A stretch of 32,000 nucleotides of DNA from an uncultured Candidatus Saccharibacteria bacterium (GTDB lineage Bacteria > Patescibacteriota > UBA1384 > XYA2-FULL-43-10 > 1-14-0-10-43-13). The translations under genes were made by a program, and so were the position numbers. The stretch covers positions 150,001 through 182,000 of the forward strand of contig CAZIYE010000001.1 in NCBI GenBank assembly GCA_964543385.1, in the 5' to 3' direction. Under the pieces are notes generated by a model. The model made no database searches and was not told where the DNA came from. It saw only the letters and a program-made list of their open reading frames with translations. How positions within the stretch are numbered: position 1 is the first letter of the stretch; every line of letters begins with the position of its first letter. Shown one piece after another: positions 1-8,034 of this stretch.

Positions 1-2112
1 AAAAACATCTGTAATAAAATTCTGGAACTCATCAACATATAAGAAAAATGGAATTCTATCCTTCTCTAATATATCTTGGCGTGAAAATGCACCCATCGCA
101 ATTTTGGAAACTATAATCATACCAAGAAGAAATGCATTAATCTCCCCTATCATACCTTTCGATAGATTGCAGATTAGAATCTTCTTGTTATCCATTACAT
201 CACGGAAATCAAAAGATGATTTTGTCTGGCCTATGATATTGCGCATCATATCATTGGTCATAAAGCGGCCAAACTTTGAAGTAAAATAGTTAAGCATTTC
301 TGATTTATGGAAATCAGCTGTTTTAGCCATTTGCTTTTCCCAAAAAGATTTAACCACAGGATCAGTCACATATTGGACTCTATCTTTTTCGAAATCAGGA
401 TCAGTAAACAATCTTGGAACATCTATAATTGTTCCTCCTTCTGGATGAGACATCAAAGTAAGCGCAGCATTCCTCATCCAATGCTCAAACTGAGGGCCTA
501 CCATGCCTGTCTGATTTGGATCAAACAGTTTATAGAATATTTGTATTGATTCCTGAACTAAGAAGTCCCTCTGATCTGGTGTTTTCCATTCCAACATGTT
601 GAGACCCATCGGTCTTTCCTTATCTGCAGGATTGAAATAGATGACATCATCAGCACGCTCTTTTGGTATATGATTTAGGATCCATTCTGCGGCATCACCA
701 TTTGGATCAAGATAACAAACTCCATGACCTTCTTTGATGTCTTGCAAAATCATATTTTGAAATAAAACAGTTTTACCCACACCAGTTTTACCTATCTGAT
801 AAACATGTCTAAGGCGGTCTGATTGCTTGACCCTAATCATTTTCTCTTCACCTCGGAATATTGCCTTACCGACAACAGTACCCTCGGTTGGCAGATTTGC
901 TGGCGGCGCCTCACGTCTAGCTAATAGCCAAGAAATATTAGGTGTATCAACATAGCGATTTGGCAGGTGAAAAATAGACGCAAGTTCTTCCGTATTAAGT
1001 GCAAATCTCGGCATAACACTAAATATCCTAAAAATATATGAGGTGATCTCCTCATTTTTCTGACGTGCTTTCTTGACCGAGAAACCATTTGAGTCAGGAG
1101 AATGAAATTGATTAAATGCAGCAGCAGTATTCTTACAAATCTGTGCAGCAGTAAGTTTGTCTTTTGCAACTGCAACAATTCTAATCTGAGCGTCAAAGCC
1201 AAGTTTAGCAGCCTTTTCGCCTAACAATTTTACTTGTGCTTCTTGCTGTGGCGTCATTTTCATTGGATTCTTTGGATCATAGAGAGCGCTATGTTCCTCT
1301 TCCTGATTTCCTTTAGCTGCATTTGTTGCAGCACCAACAAAATTGAAAAATGATTCACTACCCCGCACAAAAGCAGAATTGGAGTGAGAAATTCGAGATT
1401 TGCCATGTTGTATGTTAAAAGCGGTCCTCTCTCCCTGTAACCGCCAAGATCCATCCGTCGGCCTAACTAGCATCTGGACTCCGGCGAACTGGTCTGCGCT
1501 CAATTTTGAGAGAGAGTTTGTAAGCGAATTAAGCGGATCTTCTTCTAAGTTTTTATAAGTCTTGATTGGGAAATAGTGTCTTTTTATTAAACCAAGATTT
1601 AAAATTTCCACCTTAAGAGGTTTCTCGGGAAAAATAGAATATTCTGAGTCCTCTTGTATTTCAGCATAAGGATATTGAGCTTGAAGATTTTTCAGAACCA
1701 TATCAGATATGCATCGTGGACAGCCAACGTAGAAAAAGATAAGACCATCCTTAGCAATTAATTCCACAGAAATGTGAGGCTGACCTTTCAGTCTATTTAC
1801 AACCGAAAAATCAAATAACGAATTTAGATTTGCATAAAATGGTTCAATAACTGCCAACATTTCCTGGAAATTCTTTCGCTGATCATCTTCCTCAGCATGA
1901 CGATCCTTGGGAACCATTATTTTAAACATTACCCAATCTTTTGTCATCTCAAGTTGAGAACTTCGCACAAACATTTTCCTTAAATAAATAACTAACCAAA
2001 TAAGAAATATATTTATTGCGATGAAAATTAAAGCCCAAAAATACCACTGCAGTCCCCCACTTGCAGCAGTCCCTCCTACCGAGCTATTTATATAATTCCC
2101 TCCATCGTACAT
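1..2112 (-). CDS. Membrane-anchored type IV secretion-type P-loop ATPase (VirD4/TraG/TraD or VirB4/HerA-FtsK-like); C-terminus lies beyond the window edge
   Basis: Absent from the ORF track because the frame stays open to position 1. My translation from the ATG at 2112 (GAGGA about 10 nt upstream) gives MYDGGNYINSS...LQWYFWALIFIAINIFLIWLVIYL, a TM helix. A Walker A motif YQIGKTGVGKTVLFQ follows at about 770-795, then LDPNGDAAEW, then a Walker B-like FFLYVDEFQNF at about 17-50. The subfamily assignment is uncertain. Confidence 0.7.
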   Translation of the reverse strand, partial: MYDGGNYINSSVGGTAASGGLQWYFWALIFIAINIFLIWLVIYLRKMFVRSSQLEMTKDWVMFKIMVPKDRHAEEDDQRKNFQEMLAVIEPFYANLNSLFDFSVVNRLKGQPHISVELIAKDGLIFFYVGCPRCISDMVLKNLQAQYPYAEIQEDSEYSIFPEKPLKVEILNLGLIKRHYFPIKTYKNLEEDPLNSLTNSLSKLSADQFAGVQMLVRPTDGSWRLQGERTAFNIQHGKSRISHSNSAFVRGSESFFNFVGAATNAAKGNQEEEHSALYDPKNPMKMTPQQEAQVKLLGEKAAKLGFDAQIRIVAVAKDKLTAAQICKNTAAAFNQFHSPDSNGFSVKKARQKNEEITSYIFRIFSVMPRFALNTEELASIFHLPNRYVDTPNISWLLARREAPPANLPTEGTVVGKAIFRGEEKMIRVKQSDRLRHVYQIGKTGVGKTVLFQNMILQDIKEGHGVCYLDPNGDAAEWILNHIPKERADDVIYFNPADKERPMGLNMLEWKTPDQRDFLVQESIQIFYKLFDPNQTGMVGPQFEHWMRNAALTLMSHPEGGTIIDVPRLFTDPDFEKDRVQYVTDPVVKSFWEKQMAKTADFHKSEMLNYFTSKFGRFMTNDMMRNIIGQTKSSFDFRDVMDNKKILICNLSKGMIGEINAFLLGMIIVSKIAMGAFSRQDILEKDRIPFFLYVDEFQNFITDVF

Positions 2113-2127
2113 TTTTGTTTTTGTCCT

Positions 2128-3183
2128 CTATGCGGCTTCTTCTATTGTGATGTTTGATTTCGTTTTACCACGCTTCTCAGCCACAGCCTCAGCCATTTTA
2201 AATTGATCCGCACCGGCATCACCATGTGGTATCAATTTCTTAAAAAAACTAAATAGCCCAGATCCTTGAGCTTCTTCGGGAATTACAGGTATAGCCACCT
2301 GAGACAAATGCTTCTCGTGCACTCCCTGTATTTCAGCAACATCAGGTACTCCAATCTCTCTGTCGCCAATTGCCTTATCACCCCCCGTAACATTAATGTC
2401 TTCTATCTCCTTCGACGTTAAGATATTAGGCACAACCTCTGCAACATGTATTGGATCGACTTCAACAGGCCTGCCTGCTTCAGATTTAGCAGTTTCTATT
2501 GTTGGTGGTATTCTTCCATCATCAGCTTGGATGGACTCAGCAGGTATTGCAACATTAGTAGCGAGAGGAACGGCGACAGAATCTCTATCTCCATCAATTC
2601 CCAAAGCGCGACTTGCACCAGTCATTGCTCCTTCATCGACAGATGGTGCTGCTTGATCAGCACTTGCATCACTTAAATTAATATCTGGCATTTCTGGTCC
2701 AGGAAAAGAGACATCTATCTTATCCGGAACAATATCTTTAGAGCCAGCAAGGGCTGAATCATCATCTACAACTGCTCTTTTATTATCTCTTTTCTTTTTA
2801 GCTAACTCCAAACCCTCCGCGATTCTTGGCTTATTTTTATGATGAGCAGCTATGTGACCCTCATCATCAGCGAGACTTTCTCTTGCAGCATCAATTACAC
2901 GAAGATTAGCACGAGTCGGCGCCCAACTTATAGCACGTTCGAGAGGTGTGATAACTTTTGTCTCTTCGCCTGTTTCTACCTGCTCGTTATTTCGATCAAT
3001 AGTTTCCTGAAGATGCGCCTTTTCATCATTAGTCAAAGTAGATATCAAGCGCTGTATTTCCAAAGCAGTCTTTATTCTGTCCTCATTAGATAAAGTTGCA
3101 TCATAATATTGGCCAATATAGGACTCAACCTTACCCAAGTTGGAACCTGTTTCTAACTGTCTATCTTTGTTATCTAACTGCAT
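2128..3183 (-). CDS. Hypothetical, highly acidic, probably largely disordered protein (351 aa)
   Basis: Long ORF packed tightly (15 nt) ahead of the ATPase gene. D/E/P/A-rich composition. No family recognised. Confidence 0.6.
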   Translation of the reverse strand: MQLDNKDRQLETGSNLGKVESYIGQYYDATLSNEDRIKTALEIQRLISTLTNDEKAHLQETIDRNNEQVETGEETKVITPLERAISWAPTRANLRVIDAARESLADDEGHIAAHHKNKPRIAEGLELAKKKRDNKRAVVDDDSALAGSKDIVPDKIDVSFPGPEMPDINLSDASADQAAPSVDEGAMTGASRALGIDGDRDSVAVPLATNVAIPAESIQADDGRIPPTIETAKSEAGRPVEVDPIHVAEVVPNILTSKEIEDINVTGGDKAIGDREIGVPDVAEIQGVHEKHLSQVAIPVIPEEAQGSGLFSFFKKLIPHGDAGADQFKMAEAVAEKRGKTKSNITIEEAA

Positions 3184-3196
3184 ATAAGATGCCTTA

Positions 3197-3544
3197 CTAT
3201 TGTTGTTTATCTGCGTTTGCTTTTCTAACCCTTGTAATAAGATCTTCCCGAATATTTACCATCTCCTCAACAACTTTATCGCCGAAGGCAGGGATATTCT
3301 GATCTATATATTTCAAAATCTCTTCCTGATCCTGTTTGCCAATTATTTTGGCAAATTCTTCTACCTTCTCTGGTGGCAAATAGATGAGAATCAAATTCAT
3401 GATTCGATCATTTACAAGCTTCTCAATTTTCTCCTCAAATTCTTTTTGCTCCTGTTCTGGCAAAGTATGGAGCTGAAGATCTTGCATTAATTTTTTCTTA
3501 AAAAGATCTATTTCTTCGGTTGCAACTTTTTGGTTATCGGTCAT
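3197..3544 (-). CDS. Hypothetical small helical protein (115 aa)
   Basis: ORF in operon spacing (13 nt to the next gene). E/K-rich helical-looking sequence. No family recognised. Confidence 0.55.
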   Translation of the reverse strand: MTDNQKVATEEIDLFKKKLMQDLQLHTLPEQEQKEFEEKIEKLVNDRIMNLILIYLPPEKVEEFAKIIGKQDQEEILKYIDQNIPAFGDKVVEEMVNIREDLITRVRKANADKQQ

Positions 3545-3563
3545 TATTTCCTCCTAAAAAATA

Positions 3564-6407
3564 TTAGACTCTGCTGAGCGTTGTAAATGGCATGTTAATT
3601 AAATCTGTGCGAGTTGGGGTCATGGTACTACCTCCGCTGGTTAGATTAGTCAATGTAAATACCCCTGGATCAGTAGCGGTTGGAGGTGATGAAGTACTTG
3701 GTACAAAACTATCTATTCTGCAGAAAGCACCAAGCATGGGTATGAATATTATAGGATTACCAGCTGCAGCTGATCCCAAAAGATCAACTTTAGACGTTTT
3801 CTCGGCCAATTTTGGACCCGAGACGCCACCAGCCAAAACCTCATTAAATCTATAATTATTAGTACCGTAATTATAGTATACCTCTGCCTCAAACACGGGA
3901 TTATCTCCCTCAAGCTTTACGCTAGAAACATGGCAAGTTAGAGTAGTTCCAGTAGGCGCATTCTTTAGATCGGGACTTAATACTAGAGGCAAATCAGTTC
4001 TACCACCGACAGCAGATGGGAGCCTAAAAACCAACTTACCGCCAGAGTTTACTAATGTCCCGCCAGCAAAATCAAGCCCCTCAAAAGCCGTTTTAAGGCC
4101 GTCCAAATCAACGGCCGGTGTCTCAGGAGTTGTCGTTGCGGTCCCTCTCCCTTCCTTCAATACTTTGATTGGATTAGGAGTATTTAATAATCCATCAGGC
4201 GTAACGAGATCTCTGAATCGAACCCTTGGGTGAGTTACTGTACCACCGCCAGCAAGGATTGCATCTTCAGCAGGAGTATTTCTAAATGATAGGAATTCAT
4301 TTGGAGCCGGACCAACTTCGATAATATCAAATCTGCCATCTGTCCTTCGTCCAGGAGTAGCAGCGGGATACGCCCTCGCTGCAGCAGCAAGAAAAGCCGG
4401 GGTAAATTCTACTCTACCGCCTCGTAATCTCTGACGGCTTAGCTCTGTGTTGGTCTCTCTTTGCTCTCTTCTTTCTCTTTCTCTTTCTCTAGCGGTAGCT
4501 AAAGCTTCAGGTGTATTATAGGCGAGAACAGCAATTGCTGGATTTAGTTCAGTCTGATTATTATTTGAAATCTGTTGCAGAGTAATATTTGGATGAGGAT
4601 CACGTCCAGCCGTTCTTTCTGTTCTATCCCAATCATTGTCCTCAAATCTCAATCTACCGTCTGCTTCAATACCGCTAATATCATATTGTCTTGACCCTCG
4701 AGCAGCAGGTACTAATCCTGCTATTGCAGCTGGTGCGGTTGCCAAAATTGTAACTCTGTTGCCAATAAGCCGTGATCGAAGACTTTCCTGTCTTGTCCTA
4801 AGCTGTTCTCTGTCAAAGCCTGTGACTTCTTTACGACTCTCGTCAACAGCACCTCTCATAACCTTGCTAACATCGCTATCAATGTTTCTCTGAGCGTTTG
4901 TCCTACCACGCCACCAGAGTGCACCCACACCAGCACCAGCTAGTGCAATCGGTCCGCTGAACTTATCAATCAATGCCATAGCGGCGTTTGGAGAACCATT
5001 GAATTCTATCAATTGTTCAGCAACCGATGGATGAGACAAAATAAAGTGTTGGATTTCTGGAGGAAGCGCGATGAAAGCATCTTTGTGTTCTACTAAATAA
5101 TTTCCGAATTCTTCACCGTTTGGAAGAGTCACGCTCATATCTATATTATGTGCATTAGCAAACTGTTCAAGATTTTGCGCTGGATCAGCACCCTGCAAAA
5201 TACTATCGACTTGAGTTATTTCACCTGTATGCAATCCCATAATAGATGCATGTTCTCCTTGATCAGCAAGACCCTGCAATTTTGACAAGTGATCAACAAG
5301 TGCTCTATTACTTTCTGACAACGAATCGTAGCTGACATCACCAGACATAACCTGATTATAAGTGTCCAGATTAGCTGCATGGTCTGCATTTTCTCCAGCG
5401 ATTTGAGCAGATTGCGAAAGAGCATCAGCCTTTGCCTGAAGCAAAGCATCTGGACTAGCCGCAGCTTGAGCACCTCCGCCAAAATGATCTTTGATCCAAT
5501 CAGCAGCTCCCTGCAGCCCGCCGTGATTGAACATCCAGCCGAGCACACCACCGATAGTACTACCAAGTGCAAAGCCTTTTATTGTAGAAATCATTACCTT
5601 ATTGCGATTTAAATCCCGTACAGTTTCATAAGACTTGCGGTATTTTTCACCCGCTGCTCTCGAAACCAGATTGAAATCATCATTGCTCTCACCCATCATT
5701 TGGTCGATAGCGGCCAAAGCTGGATTCATTGTCTCACCAGCATCTCTGGCTTCATTTCTTCTCTGTCCTAAAAGCTGTTTTATCTGTCGATATTTAAGTA
5801 CCATTTCAAAACGTGTAGCATCATTTCCGCGGACTCTATTATCCATAATAGCATTGCGCATAATACCTAGAGCCGTCATCAAGTGGCCACTGTCTAATCT
5901 GCTAAGCTCAGGATTTGAAGCACGTAATATTCCAAGCTCTGACATCCATACTGCAGCACCCTCTGTTTGTTCTTTTGCTCTTGTGTAACCGCTAATTGCG
6001 CCCATGCCACCACCGATAAGTATATCTGTGACTGGTCCGCCTAAACCAAGGGAACCATTTACTACTGATCGGACAGCCATACCAGCACCAGCCATGCCCA
6101 AAGTCCTGCCTATACCGCTCTCTCTAAAACGATTCCATATGCCACGAAAAAATCCTCCGATTCCTCTACGATCTCGAAGTATTTGGTGAAAAAGTTGTGA
6201 ATCAGCGTCATCGCTCTCAAGGATCTGTCGACAAGCATCTGGATTGCGTTCTATTTCAGCAAGTGATCTAGAATACTCTCGTTCGCTTGCAGCTCTCTCT
6301 CTGGCAAAGCCAGCTGAGGAATCAAAATCATCACCGTCGACAACGTGCTGTGCTTCCTCATTTACATCCGCCCGATACTCTGCCCTTGGCCCTGGTCCGA
6401 TAGCCAT
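3564..6407 (-). CDS. Large hypothetical protein (947 aa from the preferred start) with Gly-rich hydrophobic segments and a beta-rich C-terminal half
   Basis: The track ORF is 3564..6440. The ATG at 6407 has GGAGGG 4 nt upstream (plus-strand ccctcc at 6412-6417), so I prefer it. Gly-rich putative TM segments include GMAGAGMAVRSVVNGSLGLGG, GFALGSTIGGVLGW and PIALAGAGVGALWW. There is also an RERERERREQRE stretch. No family recognised. Confidence 0.65.
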   Translation of the reverse strand: MAIGPGPRAEYRADVNEEAQHVVDGDDFDSSAGFARERAASEREYSRSLAEIERNPDACRQILESDDADSQLFHQILRDRRGIGGFFRGIWNRFRESGIGRTLGMAGAGMAVRSVVNGSLGLGGPVTDILIGGGMGAISGYTRAKEQTEGAAVWMSELGILRASNPELSRLDSGHLMTALGIMRNAIMDNRVRGNDATRFEMVLKYRQIKQLLGQRRNEARDAGETMNPALAAIDQMMGESNDDFNLVSRAAGEKYRKSYETVRDLNRNKVMISTIKGFALGSTIGGVLGWMFNHGGLQGAADWIKDHFGGGAQAAASPDALLQAKADALSQSAQIAGENADHAANLDTYNQVMSGDVSYDSLSESNRALVDHLSKLQGLADQGEHASIMGLHTGEITQVDSILQGADPAQNLEQFANAHNIDMSVTLPNGEEFGNYLVEHKDAFIALPPEIQHFILSHPSVAEQLIEFNGSPNAAMALIDKFSGPIALAGAGVGALWWRGRTNAQRNIDSDVSKVMRGAVDESRKEVTGFDREQLRTRQESLRSRLIGNRVTILATAPAAIAGLVPAARGSRQYDISGIEADGRLRFEDNDWDRTERTAGRDPHPNITLQQISNNNQTELNPAIAVLAYNTPEALATARERERERREQRETNTELSRQRLRGGRVEFTPAFLAAAARAYPAATPGRRTDGRFDIIEVGPAPNEFLSFRNTPAEDAILAGGGTVTHPRVRFRDLVTPDGLLNTPNPIKVLKEGRGTATTTPETPAVDLDGLKTAFEGLDFAGGTLVNSGGKLVFRLPSAVGGRTDLPLVLSPDLKNAPTGTTLTCHVSSVKLEGDNPVFEAEVYYNYGTNNYRFNEVLAGGVSGPKLAEKTSKVDLLGSAAAGNPIIFIPMLGAFCRIDSFVPSTSSPPTATDPGVFTLTNLTSGGSTMTPTRTDLINMPFTTLSRV

Positions 6408-6469
6408 AGTACCCTCCGAAATAGTACTAAATTTATACAAAAAATTTTGGTCTAAAACCTGTTATTTAG

Positions 6470-6498
6470 ATTATAACAACAAGCATTTCTTTATACAA
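6470..6498 (-). promoter_or_regulatory. Candidate sigma-70 promoter for the 6407..1 operon (TTGTAT-17-TATAAT)
   Basis: On the minus strand the -10 TATAAT is at 6470-6475 and the -35 TTGTAT is at 6493-6498, with a 17-nt spacer. It lies in the AT-rich gap upstream of the 947-aa gene. Confidence 0.35.
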
Positions 6499-6520
6499 CA
6501 ATTGCAAATAAAAAAATACT

Positions 6521-6560
6521 TTTATAAATAAAAAACAAAAAACTCTCCGAAAGGAGAGTT
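6521..6560 (-). terminator. Intrinsic terminator (AACTCTCC-TTTC-GGAGAGTT plus a U-tract)
   Basis: An 8-bp stem at 6541-6548/6553-6560 is followed on the minus strand by TTTTGTTTTTTATTT. Confidence 0.75.
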
Positions 6561-6583
6561 AAAAAGGCCCATAAAAACACTGA

Positions 6584-6610
6584 AACCCCACCGCGCGATG
6601 CGATGGGGTT
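6584..6610 (-). terminator. GC-rich 11-bp hairpin just downstream of the island-1 gene
   Basis: The minus strand reads AACCCCAUCGC-AUCGC-GCGGUGGGGUU (one G-U pair), followed by TCAGTGTTTTTATG. It sits in tandem with the terminator at 6521-6560. Confidence 0.55.
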
Positions 6611-6652
6611 CAGGAACATTTGCCTCAGGATGAGGCGGGAGGATGCTGCCCC

Positions 6653-7363
6653 TTACGGGGTAGTATCCTCCCAGGAATTCTTCACCTCCCAGCGGACGCC
6701 GGCATGGCGTCCACGAGCGTTGAAGGTCCTCTTCTCGCCGGGCTGGCGGGCGGGACGCGTGTCCCACTCGCCGAACAAGTTGCCCACCAGGGCGGCCACG
6801 TTGGTCCGCAGAACCAGGACCAGAACGACGGCCACGATCAACAACCACCACCAATTGGCGGCCAGCCAGTTAATTACTGCCATGGGATCTCCTGCCGGGG
6901 TTACCGGCGGCGTCGACGTAGTCGGCGCGGTCGTGCCGGGGGTGGCCGGCGGAGTAGTTGCAGGTAGGGATGCAAGCGGCGCAAGGCCGTACTTGTCTTC
7001 GAGCAAGCGAATTACCGCTCCCTCAGTGATATAGCCGCGATCTTGCAACCAAGCATCGACTTTCGCCTGACTTTCCGGCGTACCCCCAAGGGGGTTTGCT
7101 TTCAGATAGGCGATGTCAGACTGGATCTTGGTGATCTGATACTTGATGTCCCGGATCTCACTCTGGACTCGGCGGGTACCTGCACGGTCACCCTGGCATA
7201 TATATTCCCGAAGGATTACTTGCCGTTCAGCGACTTGTTGCTCTTTTGTAGCAATCTGCTGCTGAAGCTGGGGAACCGGGGTACCAGCGTCGGGCCCGAG
7301 TTGAGCGAATGCCGCTACGGTAGCGGCGAGCATGATGGCGATCAGGATGATCGTTTTCTTCAT
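6653..7363 (-). CDS. Island-1 orphan: Sec-secreted coiled-coil protein with a Pro/Thr-rich linker and a C-terminal TM anchor (236 aa)
   Basis: ATG start with GGGAGAAC upstream. Signal peptide MKKTIILIAIMLAATVAAFA followed by QLGP. Heptad-like region QQQIATKEQQVAERQ...IRDIKYQITKIQSDIAYLK. Linker PATTPPATPGTTAPTTSTPPVTPAG. TM helix WWWLLIVAVVLVLVL. Counted lines give 60-73% GC against about 35% for the backbone. Confidence 0.75.
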   Translation of the reverse strand: MKKTIILIAIMLAATVAAFAQLGPDAGTPVPQLQQQIATKEQQVAERQVILREYICQGDRAGTRRVQSEIRDIKYQITKIQSDIAYLKANPLGGTPESQAKVDAWLQDRGYITEGAVIRLLEDKYGLAPLASLPATTPPATPGTTAPTTSTPPVTPAGDPMAVINWLAANWWWLLIVAVVLVLVLRTNVAALVGNLFGEWDTRPARQPGEKRTFNARGRHAGVRWEVKNSWEDTTP

Positions 7364-7581
7364 GGTGTTCTCCCGCTGTATGGTGGCGACCCGCTCGATT
7401 GTGAATTTTTTTATTACCGAGCAAACAAGATAGAAAAGTGTAAATTCAGGCGCTCAAAAGCGCCGTTTAAGCGTAATTTCTACTCTCTTTGCTCAGTAAT
7501 ACTATTTAATTGTTAAGGTACTTTGTGCTCATATTCACCCTTTTAGGGTAAACAAAAGGCGACACTGTTCTGCATAACTCG

Positions 7582-7654
7582 ATAGGCGGAGGGGGAACCT
7601 ATTTCCCTGATAAATCAGGGAAGTTGAGCTATGCAGGACGCTGCCGCCTGCATA
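7582..7654 (-). promoter_or_regulatory. Three adjacent stem-loops within the long leader upstream of the island-1 gene
   Basis: Stem ATAGG/CCTAT at 7582-7602 has minus-strand loop UUCCCCCUCCG. Stem TTCCCTGA/TCAGGGAA at 7603-7622 has loop UUUA. Stem TATGCAGG/CCTGCATA at 7630-7654 has a 9-nt loop. GGCGG at 7586-7590 could alternatively pair with CCGCC at 7643-7647. Confidence 0.5.
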
Positions 7655-7772
7655 TTGACCACTTATATTAGATACTGACTCTGTTTCCTCCATCGTGCAG
7701 TTGTCTATTATTAGTTGTCTTTGGGATTGTTTTGATACTTGCTCGGCCACTTTCCTAACCGTGCATATTTAT

Positions 7773-7801
7773 ATTATACAATATTTATTTTAATTTGTCA
7801 A
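7773..7801 (-). promoter_or_regulatory. Consensus sigma-70 promoter P2 (TTGACA-17-TATAAT) firing toward the island-1 gene
   Basis: On the minus strand the -35 TTGACA is at 7796-7801 and the -10 TATAAT is at 7773-7778, with an exact 17-nt spacer. The predicted leader to the ATG at 7363 is about 400 nt. Confidence 0.65.
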
Positions 7802-7840
7802 TAGATATTGATACTTTCTGTGACAATATGCTGGCAATCC

Positions 7841-7865
7841 ATACGGCCGGAGGGGGGGGCCGTAT
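7841..7865 (-). other. GC-rich hairpin with a C-rich loop (ATACGGCC-CCCCCCUCC-GGCCGUAU on the minus strand)
   Basis: An 8-bp perfect stem at 7841-7848/7858-7865 with a 9-nt loop. It is flanked by 13-nt direct repeats at 7824-7836 and 7889-7901. Confidence 0.6.
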
Positions 7866-7984
7866 CTACAATTAAATGCTAGGATTACCAACATGCTGGC
7901 ACAGACTTAATACAAATCAGACTCATAATTTGTTACTATTTATTCCTCCTGAGAATTCCACCTCGCCTACCCTCAGAACATCGC

Positions 7985-8013
7985 ATTGTAACATAACAAA
8001 AATACTTTGTCAA
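7985..8013 (-). promoter_or_regulatory. Near-consensus sigma-70 promoter P1 (TTGACA-17-TACAAT)
   Basis: On the minus strand the -35 TTGACA is at 8008-8013 and the -10 TACAAT is at 7985-7990, with a 17-nt spacer. The -35 lies inside the 3' arm of the upstream terminator. Confidence 0.55.
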
Positions 8014-8034
8014 GACGAATCCCAACAAAGTATT
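7994..8034 (-). terminator. Intrinsic terminator of the 9678..8055 operon
   Basis: A 10-bp stem AATACTTTGT/ACAAAGTATT (8025-8034 and 8001-8010) is followed on the minus strand by TTTGTT. Confidence 0.65.

Noticed and set aside
4450-4497. A polypyrimidine/polypurine tract (plus-strand tctctctttgctctcttctttctctttctctttctct) as a structural DNA element.
   Set aside because: It is fully explained as the coding sequence for the RERERERREQRE segment of the 947-aa protein.
6522-7516. Multiple long ORFs overlapping the island-1 gene: 6603..7034 +, 6620..6967 +, 6522..6854 -, 7043..7516 + and 7227..7424 -.
   Set aside because: High GC suppresses stop codons in all frames. These translations are Arg/Gly/Pro-rich junk-like sequences with no RBS. 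The 6653..7363 minus-strand ORF has a signal peptide, a coiled coil, a TM helix and an RBS.
7535-7750. 71-aa minus-strand ORF in the island-1 leader region.
   Set aside because: It starts at a GTG directly abutting AGGAAA with no spacer. It runs straight through three stacked hairpins, and its composition is unremarkable. It is more likely non-coding RNA. A small-protein role cannot be fully excluded.
7530-7770. Possible RNase P RNA, tmRNA or group II intron domain V. The cues were UAGGAAAGUGGCCGAGC versus the CR-I GAGGAAAGUCCGGGC, and the ATACGGCC...GGCCGTAT hairpin.
   Set aside because: No CR-V (ACAGAANCCGGCUUA), no tRNA-like end, no tag ORF and no domain V AGC triad or bulge geometry. The region is also too short for RNase P once the promoters are accounted for.
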